A DNA stretch of 64,000 nucleotides from a virus, in IMG/VR virus record IMGVR_UViG_3300017780_004980, positions 33,767-97,766 of that record; one strand, written 5' to 3'. This document shows, piece after piece, positions 9,462 to 19,002 of this stretch (position 1 is the stretch's first letter; each line of letters begins with the position of its first letter). The notes beneath the pieces were generated by a model. That model did no database searches. It saw only the letters and a program-made list of their open reading frames with translations, and had not been told where the DNA came from. The position numbers were made by a program, and so were the translations under genes.

Positions 9462-12400
9462 TTACGCCCCGTTGAACGGGCGGTTGTTCACGCCGCCATT
9501 CATCTTGGCCCGGATGAGAGCCTCGTTCACCCGCTTATCCACCATATCCCCGATGGCGGAAACCAACTTCTTCATGGTGCGCTGGTCGACCTCCTCGTTC
9601 CCAGACGACTGGAACGGGATGGTGACCGGCATGTCGATGCTGACCTGGTAGGTGTCTCCGCCGGTAGAGCCAGCCAGGCCGCGCCCTTGCGTGGCGCCGT
9701 AGCCAATGCTCTCCGTCGCGCCCCCGGCCATCGGGCGGCCAGCGAGGGATTGCGCCGTCAGGTAACTGTCCGGCTCAGGCATCTGCCATTGCTTGGCGGC
9801 CTGGGTCATGGCCGTGATCGCCGAGGTCAGGGCGCTGACGTCGATGTTTGCAACCACTTGCAAAGTCTGAGCATTCTGCTGCGCCTGGATCGACATGACC
9901 CCGAGCTTGCCGTCCTTGGTGCGAACCAACGGCATGACCGCCTCGGGACCGGCCTCACCCATCACCCCCTGCTTGGTGCGCCCGCCCTTATTGAAGGCGA
10001 ACGGGGTCGCCTGGTTGACGACGGAGTTGGCGAAGGCCGAGCCCTTGGCGAAGGCCGTGATCCCGCCATCGAAGCTACCGCCGTTGCGGTACCCCGTCCG
10101 GGGGGACGACCCGGCCTTATTGGCCGCGTTGGAGAACTGCGCGCCGCCGACGATCAGCTGGCTGGAGCCGGGCGAGATCGCCTCCATCGCGTAGAGCACC
10201 GCCTGCATGGCCAGGGCCTGCACGATCATGGCGGCGACGCTGGCGGCGAGGTTGGCGACCATCTCCCCCCAGCCCACCTCCTGACCCATGAAGAACTGCT
10301 TGGCGGCCTGCCCCACGCTGTCGAACGCTTGCGTCCAGCCGTCCCGGAAGATGGTCAGGGCGGTGGTGTCGGCGGCCTGCGCCGTCAGCTGCGCCATCAA
10401 GGCGTCCCAGGTCGCCAGGTTTGACGTGTCGGCGGTGAACTCGCCACGAGCCAGCTGGGCCGCCTTGAGCCCTTCAGCAGCCGCCAGGGCCTTGTCCTTG
10501 GTCTGGCCTAGAACCTCGTTGTACGTGCGGATGTAGGCCGTCTGGGCTGCGATCTCACGGGCGTCGGTCGAGCGGATGCGTCCGAGCTGCTCAAGGACCG
10601 TGATGTTGTCCTGCTGGGCCTTCTGGCCTTCCCGCAGCTTGGTCAGGTAGTCCTGATCGAACCTTTGGCCGGCGGCCCGGGCCGCGTTCGTCGCGCGGAT
10701 GGCAGCCAGGCGCTTACCCTCAGCGGAGCTATCCTGATCGAGGGCGGCCCGCTCGGCATCGAGATAGGCAATCCGCATCGCCCGGCTACGGGCGTCGAGG
10801 TCCGCAGCAGCGATGTACTGCTGCATGTATCGGGTCGCCGTCTCGTAGGCCCGGCCCTCCTCCAGAACGGAGGTCGTGACGCCCGTATCGAAGGCGGAGG
10901 CGGCCTTCTTCTTGGCGTTCTCGATGGCGGTTTCGGTCTGGGTCGCCGACAGGTATCGCTTCTTGGCATCGGTCTGGGCGTTGATGGCTGCCGTCTGGAT
11001 CGCGCGGGTGCGCGCGTCCGACAAGGCCAGCTGTCCCAGCGCCTTGTTGGCTTCGATGTCCAGGCCGACAGCCCGGGTCTGCGCCTCTATCTCGGAGGTG
11101 TACTTGGTCTCGACCGCCAAAGCGACCTTCTGGCTGTCCGTCAGGGCGGTCTTGGCCGCGAGGGCCGCCTTGGCCGCTTCGAGCTGCTTCTCGTAGTTAC
11201 CCAGAGCCGCCTGAGACGTGTCGATCCCGGCCTGCTCGGCGGACGTCAGGTATTCCTGCGCCTCGGCCGACTGGCGGTAGGCGAGGGCCTGCTGCCGCAG
11301 CTGGTCGAGGACCTGCTTCAGCTTGTCGACGCTCTCCTTGGCCGACTTGCGGTCCGCCCCGCCCGTGTCACCGCCCTCCAGGTTCGGCATGGGCGGCATG
11401 GTGATGGGCTTGCTGAGATCGGCCACCAGCTTGGCGATCCGGTCGTACTCCTCCTTCTCCTTCTTCTGCGCTTCCTGGAGGACCTTGACCCGGGCCTGCG
11501 CTTTGGCTTCCCGCGCACCCATGGCGGCGGCCTGAGCAGCCGGGGCCTCCGCGTTGAGCCCCTTGCTCATGACTTCGTTATTACGCGCGGCGACGACGGC
11601 CAGGTGGGCCCGCGCTTCACCCAACAGGATACCGGTATGCTGGTACGCCATGTTGGCTTCGATGCGCTTCGCTTCGGCGTTCGCAATCGCAGCCTTCCGG
11701 TCCTCGCCGGTGGCCTGGGCCGCAATCATGGCGGCGTCAGCGTAATTCTTCAGCGCGGTGTCGGCGACGCCGGTCACACCGGCGAGCTCCTGGGTGGCCG
11801 ACGTAGTGTAGCGGGTGCTGTCCGCCGTGTAGATGGCCACGGCGGCAAGGGTGCCAAGACCGACAATCAGGGCCCCGACGCCGGTGCTGATCATGGCGAG
11901 CTTGAAGGCGTGGGCCGCAGCCGAGCTGATACCGAAGCCGGTAGCCACCAGCAACAGCTGGGATTGCATGAAGGTCAGGCCCGCCGACATGGCACCGATG
12001 ACGGCCGTGGTCGCCGAGAAGATGGCTCCTCGGTTCATGACCAGCCACAAGGCGACGAAGGCGGTGGTCACCCCGCCGAGCACGGCCTTTAGGATCGCCA
12101 ATCGGTTGGCGGCCTCCTGGGTCGGGGCCATGAAGTAGTTCCAGGCCTCGATCATCGAGCGGATGCCTGCGATGATGACGGGCATGACGGCGGTGCCGAA
12201 CTCGATCATCGTCAAGCGCAGCAGCTGCATACCCTGATCGAGCGACAGGACGCCGCTGTCCGCTGCGATCTTGAAGGCGTCCCGTAGGTCCTTGGCCGAG
12301 GCAACGGCGACCTTGCCGAAGGTTTCCGTGGCCTTGCCCAGGTTCTGCATGATGATCTGGATCGCGCCGAAGCCTTCGGCGTCGTCGATCACCTTCCGCA

Positions 12401-13280
12401 GGTTCACGTCGTCCAGCTTCTCGCGCAGGGCCGTGACACCCGCCAGGAAGCCCTTGTCCCGGAAAATGTCCTGGAAGTATTTCATATCCAGGTTGAGGTC
12501 TTTCAACGTCTTCCGGGCTTGGGTGGTCGGGGCGACGACCTTGTACATGATCTGGCGCAGCGCCGTGATGGCTTCGCCCGCCGAGGAGCCGGTCTGCGAC
12601 AGGAAGGCCGCGCCGGCGGAGACTTCCTTGAATTCGACCCCCAGCGCCGACGAGACGCCCAGGACCCGGCCGACGGAGATCGAGAATTCCCGCGCCTCCA
12701 TCTTACCTTCGCGGACCGCCGCGATCATGGTGCCGGTGGCCTCGGCCGCCGTAATGTTCGAGGTCCGGTAGGCGTTCAGCGCCGAGGTGACGGCGTTGGC
12801 CACGTCCTTGGTATCACCCAGGCCGACGATGGCGCCCTTCGACGCCGCGTCCATGACTTCCATGGTCCGGCTGACGTCGATACCCGACGAGGCGACGTAT
12901 TGCAGGGCGGTAGCGAGTTCCCGGGGGTCCTTACCCGTGGTCAGGGACAAGCCCTTGAGCTCCGCACCCCACTTCTTCACCTGCTCGGCGTTGGCGCCGG
13001 CGAGGGTCTGCGACTGGACCAGGGCCTTGTTGTACTCGTTGGTCAGGACCAACGACTGGCGGATGGTCGCCGCCGCCGACAGGGCCCCGAAGGCCCCGGC
13101 CAGTCCGCGCACCATGGTGGTGGCGGCAGACGTGGCGGCAGCGAGACCCCGGGCCTGGATTTGAGCCTCCGCCGCCCCGCGCGCCAGGCCCCGCATGTCG
13201 AGACCGGCAGCACGAAGGGCTGCGGAGGCCTCGTCCCGGACCCGCAGGATGAACAGCATCTCCTGAGAAAGCGTGCTCAT
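9462..13280 (-). CDS. Tail tape measure protein
   Basis: 1272 aa, Ala-rich and helical; TP901-type core (ELATALQYVASSG), C-terminal FAKG..GVMGEAGPEAVMPL motif; follows the chaperone genes. Confidence 0.95.
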   Translation of the reverse strand: MSTLSQEMLFILRVRDEASAALRAAGLDMRGLARGAAEAQIQARGLAAATSAATTMVRGLAGAFGALSAAATIRQSLVLTNEYNKALVQSQTLAGANAEQVKKWGAELKGLSLTTGKDPRELATALQYVASSGIDVSRTMEVMDAASKGAIVGLGDTKDVANAVTSALNAYRTSNITAAEATGTMIAAVREGKMEAREFSISVGRVLGVSSALGVEFKEVSAGAAFLSQTGSSAGEAITALRQIMYKVVAPTTQARKTLKDLNLDMKYFQDIFRDKGFLAGVTALREKLDDVNLRKVIDDAEGFGAIQIIMQNLGKATETFGKVAVASAKDLRDAFKIAADSGVLSLDQGMQLLRLTMIEFGTAVMPVIIAGIRSMIEAWNYFMAPTQEAANRLAILKAVLGGVTTAFVALWLVMNRGAIFSATTAVIGAMSAGLTFMQSQLLLVATGFGISSAAAHAFKLAMISTGVGALIVGLGTLAAVAIYTADSTRYTTSATQELAGVTGVADTALKNYADAAMIAAQATGEDRKAAIANAEAKRIEANMAYQHTGILLGEARAHLAVVAARNNEVMSKGLNAEAPAAQAAAMGAREAKAQARVKVLQEAQKKEKEEYDRIAKLVADLSKPITMPPMPNLEGGDTGGADRKSAKESVDKLKQVLDQLRQQALAYRQSAEAQEYLTSAEQAGIDTSQAALGNYEKQLEAAKAALAAKTALTDSQKVALAVETKYTSEIEAQTRAVGLDIEANKALGQLALSDARTRAIQTAAINAQTDAKKRYLSATQTETAIENAKKKAASAFDTGVTTSVLEEGRAYETATRYMQQYIAAADLDARSRAMRIAYLDAERAALDQDSSAEGKRLAAIRATNAARAAGQRFDQDYLTKLREGQKAQQDNITVLEQLGRIRSTDAREIAAQTAYIRTYNEVLGQTKDKALAAAEGLKAAQLARGEFTADTSNLATWDALMAQLTAQAADTTALTIFRDGWTQAFDSVGQAAKQFFMGQEVGWGEMVANLAASVAAMIVQALAMQAVLYAMEAISPGSSQLIVGGAQFSNAANKAGSSPRTGYRNGGSFDGGITAFAKGSAFANSVVNQATPFAFNKGGRTKQGVMGEAGPEAVMPLVRTKDGKLGVMSIQAQQNAQTLQVVANIDVSALTSAITAMTQAAKQWQMPEPDSYLTAQSLAGRPMAGGATESIGYGATQGRGLAGSTGGDTYQVSIDMPVTIPFQSSGNEEVDQRTMKKLVSAIGDMVDKRVNEALIRAKMNGGVNNRPFNGA
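9849..9862 (-). repeat. 14-bp dispersed motif TGCAAGTGGTTGCA (copy 1, inside tape measure)
   Basis: Exact match. Confidence 0.9.
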
Positions 13281-13283
13281 AGC

Positions 13284-13670
13284 CTACCCCCTGGACGACA
13301 CCCGCCGTCCGCCACCACCATCTTGCCCGTGTCGGGACTGTTTGTCCCGATGAAATTGCTCGACCTTATTGTACGCCCGGTCGAGGATATTGAAGACCTG
13401 CACCGCAATCGCAGCCTGCTGCATGAAAGCACCGGGCTCCGGCAGGATGCCGTTCTTGTAGTTCCTGTACGCCTGAAGCCAGTAGGCGAAGGAGGCGGGG
13501 TCTTCGTAGATCGGGCGGCGGGGGCAGCGCCAGTGGTCCACCCCCATGATCTTGATCGGCATCACCGCCTTCTCTACGCAGCCCCGCTCCTGCTTCTTGG
13601 CCGCCGTACACGTCAGACAGTCGTACTCCGGAAGCAGCTCGACGACGACTACTCCGGTTTCAAGTTTTTT
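13284..13670 (-). CDS. Tail assembly chaperone, -1 frameshift extension (gpT-like part of gpGT)
   Basis: The -1 frame is open from slippery A AAA AAC (13664-13670) through KLETGVVVVELLPEYDCLTC...CVEKAVMPIKIMG into ORF 13284..13565. Confidence 0.85.
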   Translation of the reverse strand, partial: KKLETGVVVVELLPEYDCLTCTAAKKQERGCVEKAVMPIKIMGVDHWRCPRRPIYEDPASFAYWLQAYRNYKNGILPEPGAFMQQAAIAVQVFNILDRAYNKVEQFHRDKQSRHGQDGGGGRRVSSRG

Positions 13671-14131
13671 GCCTGGTCCACCGTGATCGTGTTGGCCTTC
13701 TGGACCTTGTTGAAGATCGCCAGGCAGAGGGTCGGATCGAGGCTCCGGATGAAGTTGTCGTCCGCGACCAGCCGCTTCCGGCCGGCGACGAAGTCATCGA
13801 CCATCTGGAGTTCGACCTGCTTTCCCTCGTCGTCCTGGATGTTGCGCACACCCCGGATGGCCAGGCGCGCGGTCAGGACGGCGGCCTTGTAGGTCTCCAC
13901 CCGGCGCTGGGACAGCTGGGTCATGATCGCCATTTCGATCTCGGCTTCCGTGGTGCCGGTCGAGGTGACTTCCCCGTCGAACGAGGTCATGCGGTCATTG
14001 ATGTAGGCGTGGTCGTAGGCGTCCAGGTAGCCCAGCTCGAAGACCGTGGCCTTCTTGGGGTCATCCTTGTCCGGGTCCTGGTCCCAGATGAAATCAAACG
14101 TCTTCGTCAGGTTCGCTACGCGAATGGCCAT
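13649..14131 (-). CDS. Tail assembly chaperone (gpG-like)
   Basis: Between tail tube and tape measure genes; AAGGAG RBS before MAIRVANL; ends ..DQAKNLKPE with the slippery site at AKN. Confidence 0.85.
   Translation of the reverse strand: MAIRVANLTKTFDFIWDQDPDKDDPKKATVFELGYLDAYDHAYINDRMTSFDGEVTSTGTTEAEIEMAIMTQLSQRRVETYKAAVLTARLAIRGVRNIQDDEGKQVELQMVDDFVAGRKRLVADDNFIRSLDPTLCLAIFNKVQKANTITVDQAKNLKPE
13664..13670 (-). other. Programmed -1 ribosomal frameshift slippery heptamer A AAA AAC
   Basis: GCA AAA AAC near the end of the chaperone ORF; the -1 frame joins the downstream ORF in frame. Confidence 0.88.
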
Positions 14132-14336
14132 TTGCTGCTCCTTTGGTGCTGCGGCTTGGCGGTTGAATGTCAAACTTACTCGGTCCCGCGTCCTTGGTGG
14201 CGATCAGCTTGTGCCACCCTCTGTTCGGAGCCTGCTTTGCAAGACCTACGGTGGCCTCAAGCGTAAGGCGGGCGCCAACCGGATGGTCGATGCCCGCCTC
14301 GTCACGCTGGAAGACTACCCAGACCTTGGTCTGCAC
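14094..14336 (-). CDS. Small hypothetical protein
   Basis: 80-aa ORF filling the gap after the tail tube gene; overlaps the chaperone start; no motif recognised. Confidence 0.4.
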   Translation of the reverse strand: MQTKVWVVFQRDEAGIDHPVGARLTLEATVGLAKQAPNRGWHKLIATKDAGPSKFDIQPPSRSTKGAANGHSRSEPDEDV

Positions 14337-14344
14337 GAGTCACC

Positions 14345-15607
14345 CTATCCGAAGAACAGGATGACTTCGTCGTCCCCCGACTGGAACTGGTTGAAGGCCA
14401 GCGCCGCATCGAGAACCCGGAGACTGTCCCGGGATTGGTAGGTCAGTCCGGTGTACTGGACGGCGGGACCCAGCAGCCAGATTTGGTTGCCGATGACCGA
14501 GCCGAACCGGGTGCGGAACGGCATGATCGTCGAGTTGGCCAGGCGGAGCCAGAAGTTCTCGTCGGCGACCAGCTGCATTTCCGGGTCGATGCCGCCCTTG
14601 GCCATCCGGTCGACGATGATCACGCCGTTGTAGCCGTCCGAGCTGTTGGCATCCGCACGCGGAACCACCTCAACGCCGGCGTCGAAGGTGACCTTGTCGA
14701 CCACCGCCGCGATGCCGTTGATGTAGAGCTTGGCGTTCTCGAAGATCGGCGGCAGGGTCGTCTCGTACACCGACGTGGTCGGCAAGGAGGCGTCCGTCGG
14801 GGCGACGTACTGGCCGGTGAAGGTGAAGGTCACCTTGCCGTACTGCCCGGCCTGGCCATCGACGGTGAACGTCCCACGGGCGCCGGTCAGCTTGTGCAGC
14901 AGGCCGTCGAAGTACCCGTAGATCGTGCCGCTCTCGTAACCCGAGGACACCGGGTCGTACCGGTAGCCCGCCGGGAACCACCAGACGTAATACTTGGCGC
15001 CCAGCACGAACGAGCCCGTGAAGGTCGGGGTGATGGTCACGCCGGTTTTCAGGGTGAAAGCCGACCCCGAAGTGACGACCGCAGCGGAGATCGCCGCCGC
15101 ATAGGACGACGCCACCGCGTTGGCGTCCGGGGTCACCGTCATCTTGGCGGTGCCGGAAGCGCCGGCCGTGGTGACTTCCAGGGTGAACATCACCGGTTCC
15201 GTCGGCAACGAACCCGAGGCGGCGGAACCCCAGGTCAGCGTGGTCGGGTTGGTGTTGGCCTGATCCGCGACCACCGCCGAAACCTGGGAGGCGCCGGACG
15301 TGATCGCGGTTTCCGAGAAGCCGCACATGCGGAGCAGGCGTCCCAGGCGGGCCGCGCTGGCCGCCGAGCCCCCGCCACGGAGTTCGTGGCTGAAGGTGAA
15401 CGAGGCGAGCTTGCGGCCGACCTTGTGCGCCAGGCGGGACAGCGAGTTCCGCGAGAAGTTCCGTTCCAGCACGGTCGGGTCGACCTTGTAGTCCGGGTCC
15501 TCGCAGAGCAGCGCATCCACCGTAGGGGTGGGCGTCGGGTCCGTGTTGTAGGTGGTCTCGATCTTGGCGAGAACCACCGCACGGCGGGTCAGAAGCGGGT
15601 TGGGCAT
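14345..15607 (-). CDS. Major tail tube protein with inserted beta-sandwich segment
   Basis: LLTRRAVVLAKIETTY, FSHELRG, TGARGTF, FTFTG tail-tube pattern; upstream of the chaperones. Confidence 0.85.
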   Translation of the reverse strand: MPNPLLTRRAVVLAKIETTYNTDPTPTPTVDALLCEDPDYKVDPTVLERNFSRNSLSRLAHKVGRKLASFTFSHELRGGGSAASAARLGRLLRMCGFSETAITSGASQVSAVVADQANTNPTTLTWGSAASGSLPTEPVMFTLEVTTAGASGTAKMTVTPDANAVASSYAAAISAAVVTSGSAFTLKTGVTITPTFTGSFVLGAKYYVWWFPAGYRYDPVSSGYESGTIYGYFDGLLHKLTGARGTFTVDGQAGQYGKVTFTFTGQYVAPTDASLPTTSVYETTLPPIFENAKLYINGIAAVVDKVTFDAGVEVVPRADANSSDGYNGVIIVDRMAKGGIDPEMQLVADENFWLRLANSTIMPFRTRFGSVIGNQIWLLGPAVQYTGLTYQSRDSLRVLDAALAFNQFQSGDDEVILFFG

Positions 15608-15631
15608 CGGAGGGTCCTCCTAACTTTCCGC

Positions 15632-16384
15632 TTACAGCGCCACGACGGTGGGCACCAGGGTGCGCGAACCGTTCGTGGCCTCGTTCAGCTTGGCGGCGCA
15701 GGTGGCGATGACGCCGGCCACCGCCGTCAGATACGTGTCGACCGCCGCCTTGGACATGGTGCCCAGGGCCGCAGCTTCCGGGGCCGTGGCCGCAGTGCCG
15801 GTATCGGTACCCAGGGCCGCGAAGGTCCGCGACTTGCTGGCCGAGCCGCCCGAGCTGTCGGTGATCGGGGTCAGGGCGACCGCCGTGGCGATCTCGTTGA
15901 CGTAGGCAACCACCTCGGAGAGGTAGGTGCGCAGGGCGATCATGTAGAGCGACCCGGTGTCGTACGCGATGCCGGCGGCGCCCGAACCCGCGACGGCGGT
16001 GACCGACTTGGTCATGGCGGCGATGGTGCCCGAACCGTTGGTGCCGCCGGTCGAGATGGTGACCGTCTGCACGGAGATGGCATCACCGATGGTCTTGGCG
16101 CTGTTGAGCAGCGTGGTGATCGCGTTCTTCACCGTGCCGAGCGCGGTTTCGGTACCGGCCTTGGGCGCGGTGTCGGTGCCGGCGCTGGTGAAGGCGGCCG
16201 GGATGGCGATGGCGGCGATGGTGTCGCCGCCCGAGGTGCCGGTCGAGTTGTCCGTGATGTCGGCCAGGGCCTTGGCGGTGGTGGCGCACTGGTACTGGGC
16301 CAATTCGCGGATGGCGTTGGCCAGAGTCCCGTCATAGAGCTTGGCGCCGCCCGAGAAATGGCGCGAGGAAAGGCGGATAGTCAT
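15632..16384 (-). CDS. Putative virion structural protein (Ala/Thr-rich, helical repeats)
   Basis: 250 aa inside the structural operon; internal repeats of the ITDNS/ITDSS GG type. Confidence 0.55.
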   Translation of the reverse strand: MTIRLSSRHFSGGAKLYDGTLANAIRELAQYQCATTAKALADITDNSTGTSGGDTIAAIAIPAAFTSAGTDTAPKAGTETALGTVKNAITTLLNSAKTIGDAISVQTVTISTGGTNGSGTIAAMTKSVTAVAGSGAAGIAYDTGSLYMIALRTYLSEVVAYVNEIATAVALTPITDSSGGSASKSRTFAALGTDTGTAATAPEAAALGTMSKAAVDTYLTAVAGVIATCAAKLNEATNGSRTLVPTVVAL

Positions 16385-16436
16385 CGGGGCATCCTTTCAA
16401 GTGATGCGGTGACCAACGACTACCCGCCTTGGGACC

Positions 16437-16670
16437 CTAGACCTCGGCGTCGTCCTTGTGAACGCCCGCGTCGATCTGAGTGTCGTCCGTCAGCAGCACC
16501 CGCTCGCCACCCCCAAGGTGAACGTACGTGCCTCCCAGGCGGCGGCTCTCATGAACCTTCGGCCCGTCAGGCACGACCGGGGTATCCTGCGTTTTCGTTT
16601 CAGTCGAGGGGGTGGTCTCGTCCGTGGGGTCGTTGTCCCCCGAATTCGTGATGTTCAGGTTTCTGGCCAT
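16437..16670 (-). CDS. Hypothetical protein
   Basis: 77 aa with AGGAG RBS, in the structural operon. Confidence 0.6.
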   Translation of the reverse strand: MARNLNITNSGDNDPTDETTPSTETKTQDTPVVPDGPKVHESRRLGGTYVHLGGGERVLLTDDTQIDAGVHKDDAEV

Positions 16671-16672
16671 GG

Positions 16673-17149
16673 TCAGCTCCTTCCGATGGTTGGGTCGTCT
16701 TCGCGGTGGAAATACAGGACGTCGAAATACAGAGCCGCGTCAACCTGGTTGTCATACGGTCCGTCGATGTTGGTCTGTTCCCCCGTCACCTCGATGTTCA
16801 CGACGAGACCACCCAGCGTGCTGTTGGCCTTCAGGACGGTCTCGGCGACGGCCAGCATGCGCTCCAGCGCCTTGGTCTTGCCCCCGCTGTCCGTGCTGTA
16901 GAAGTAGACCTCCAGGGTGCAGGGCAGCAGGACCCGCTGGAAGGACGTGGTGGCCGCGCGGGCCGCAGTGCCGCCGTAGACCCCCAGCGCCGTCTTCTTG
17001 CCCTTGGGTAGCTGGTCGAGGGCATCCCTGGACGTGACCGACCATTCCAGCCCGTAGTCGGTCAGGAACTGCTCCGCCGCCGGCGTGCCCTTCTGGGGGA
17101 ATAGAGCGAGGATCGCGTCGAGCACCTGGCTCCGCATGGCATCAGACAC
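16673..17149 (-). CDS. Putative tail terminator protein
   Basis: 158 aa; N.TLGGLV and FDVLYFH..DP pattern; position after the neck genes. Confidence 0.65.
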   Translation of the reverse strand: MSDAMRSQVLDAILALFPQKGTPAAEQFLTDYGLEWSVTSRDALDQLPKGKKTALGVYGGTAARAATTSFQRVLLPCTLEVYFYSTDSGGKTKALERMLAVAETVLKANSTLGGLVVNIEVTGEQTNIDGPYDNQVDAALYFDVLYFHREDDPTIGRS

Positions 17150-17774
17150 GAGACATCTCCCCCATCAAATTCTTGGCCGTCTTCTCGATGAACCGTTCGA
17201 GGCTGGCTGTGGCCACCGCCTGGCGAAGGCCGAGGCGCGGCTTGATCCTGATACTTTCCAGCAGCAGGTACAAGGGCACGATCCGCCGACCCCTCTTCTG
17301 GAAGATCAGCAGGTTCCCCTTCCGGCTCCGGCCGACGAAGGTGTTCAACCATTGGCGGGCGTGCAGGTACTTCGGAGTGCCGTCCGGGTTCTTGGCTGCC
17401 TTCAACGGCATGGTCAGGTACTTGCCCGTCCTCGGCTTCAGGACACCCCCGGTCTCATGGATGACGAGATGAGGGGCCACCAGGAAGGCCGCCACGGTAG
17501 CCCCAAGGGCTCCACCCGTGACGACGACGCCCTTCTCTATGCTGCGTACGCCCTCGCCGGTACGGGAGGCCAACGAGGTCTCCGTGGTGGTACTGCCGCT
17601 ATGTCGGGCGGCGACCTGTTTTGCAACCACTTGCAAATGGGCCCGGAGCTCCTGCTGGAACTGGGGCGTGGTGCGCGCGACCGACGTGGTCCAGCTGTTG
17701 GCCACGGTGTTCAGGCCCTGCGAGACGTCCGCGAATTCCTTGCCGCCTATGGCCAGCCGGAAGTCGAAGTCCAT
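17142..17774 (-). CDS. Putative neck / tail completion protein
   Basis: LASRTG, IHETGGVLKP...YLTMPL, IKPRLGL motifs; position. Confidence 0.65.
   Translation of the reverse strand: MDFDFRLAIGGKEFADVSQGLNTVANSWTTSVARTTPQFQQELRAHLQVVAKQVAARHSGSTTTETSLASRTGEGVRSIEKGVVVTGGALGATVAAFLVAPHLVIHETGGVLKPRTGKYLTMPLKAAKNPDGTPKYLHARQWLNTFVGRSRKGNLLIFQKRGRRIVPLYLLLESIRIKPRLGLRQAVATASLERFIEKTAKNLMGEMSRV
17622..17635 (-). repeat. 14-bp motif (copy 2, inside neck gene)
   Basis: Exact match. Confidence 0.9.
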
Positions 17775-17776
17775 GG

Positions 17777-18403
17777 CTACACCAGCGGATGGACCGCAGC
17801 GGGAAAGTACCGGATGCGGGGTTCGGTGTTCAGGCAGACGCTGCGCTTCAGCACGTCCACGTTCACGGGCACCTTGCTGTCCGAGCGCATCTGCGGCCGG
17901 GCGGAGTCTAGGCGGATGATCGCCTGGGCCACGGCCGCTTCTTTCAGCCAGGTCGGCACCTGGTCTTGGTCGTACAGGTCAGCCTCGGTGTCGTCGACTT
18001 CAATGCCGGCGGTGTACGTGGCCTGGATGTAGCAGTCGTTCACGTCGGTATCGAGCAGAACCAGAACGCCCTTCTCAGCGCCCACCTTCTGCTTGGCCGC
18101 GTCCGGGGTGATCGGGTCCTCCGTCAGCCCTGTGGTCGTCGTCGCGTAGGTCACCGTGACCGAACCGACAACAAGCCCCCTGGAGAGCGCCAGGGACACG
18201 CGGTAGCCCGCGCCGCCCAGCTTCAGGACGTTGGCCTCCGGGGTGAAGAACAGGTCGGTGACCGAAGCTCGTGCGAACTCCGTACGGAGGATCGTTTCAA
18301 GGTCCCCTGTGGCAGAATGGATCGCGTTTTCGATGGCGGCGTCTTCAAGACCCGCCTCGAACCCGATGGCGTCCAGAACCGATTGGAGCGGCACGAGCTT
18401 CAT
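17777..18403 (-). CDS. Head-tail adaptor protein (gp6/gp15-like)
   Basis: AIHSAT..LE, TYTAG...VPTWLKEAA; downstream of the capsid gene. Confidence 0.7.
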   Translation of the reverse strand: MKLVPLQSVLDAIGFEAGLEDAAIENAIHSATGDLETILRTEFARASVTDLFFTPEANVLKLGGAGYRVSLALSRGLVVGSVTVTYATTTTGLTEDPITPDAAKQKVGAEKGVLVLLDTDVNDCYIQATYTAGIEVDDTEADLYDQDQVPTWLKEAAVAQAIIRLDSARPQMRSDSKVPVNVDVLKRSVCLNTEPRIRYFPAAVHPLV

Positions 18404-18408
18404 CGCCG

Positions 18409-18885
18409 TCAGACCGTGGTGCCGGCGCCGGTGTCGAAGTCGCCTTCGTCGTCGACCCCACCTTCCGACTGGGCGTCTCCGCCGCCGAACTTCTTGGCGT
18501 AGGCCTCAGCCACCAGGTCGTTCAGACCCTTCAGGGACCGGTTCTTGTCAAGAACCAGGTCCGGGAGGTGCTTGGCCGCCCAGGCGATGGCCTTGTCCTT
18601 GGTGGCGAAGCCGGTGGCCGGCAGCACCGGGACAACCTTCGTGAGGTCGAGGTCCTCCGGTTCGGTAACCTTCTTCTTGCCGCCCAGCTTCAGGCGCGTA
18701 CCGCCCGTGGCCGGCGCGTCAGCCGCGTCAGCCTTGAGCACCTTGAAGCGATCCGTCCGGGCTTCCAGTTCCTTGAACAGCTCGTCGCCGATCTCCTGAC
18801 GGGTCTTGATCTCGCCTCGCTGGAAGCGGGTCGCGCCGACCGTGAGAGAGGCGGCGGTGCCAATGAACTTGATCTTGTCGGTCAT
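18409..18885 (-). CDS. Hypothetical protein following the capsid gene
   Basis: Start MTDKIKFIG with GAGG RBS; 158 aa. Confidence 0.65.
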   Translation of the reverse strand: MTDKIKFIGTAASLTVGATRFQRGEIKTRQEIGDELFKELEARTDRFKVLKADAADAPATGGTRLKLGGKKKVTEPEDLDLTKVVPVLPATGFATKDKAIAWAAKHLPDLVLDKNRSLKGLNDLVAEAYAKKFGGGDAQSEGGVDDEGDFDTGAGTTV

Positions 18886-18907
18886 GGTATCCTCGTTTTC
18901 ATCCGTG

Positions 18908-18943
18908 AAAGAAAAAGGGCCGGCAGCGTGTGCCACCGACCCT
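18908..18943 (-). terminator. Rho-independent terminator after the major capsid gene
   Basis: AGGGTCGGTGGC-ACAC-GCTGCCGGCCCT hairpin followed by a T-rich run. Confidence 0.75.
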
Positions 18944-19002
18944 ATCACTCCCCGCCAGGTTGGCAAGGTAGAGCTCCCCCGAGCCCCGGATCAGCGCACC
19001 TA

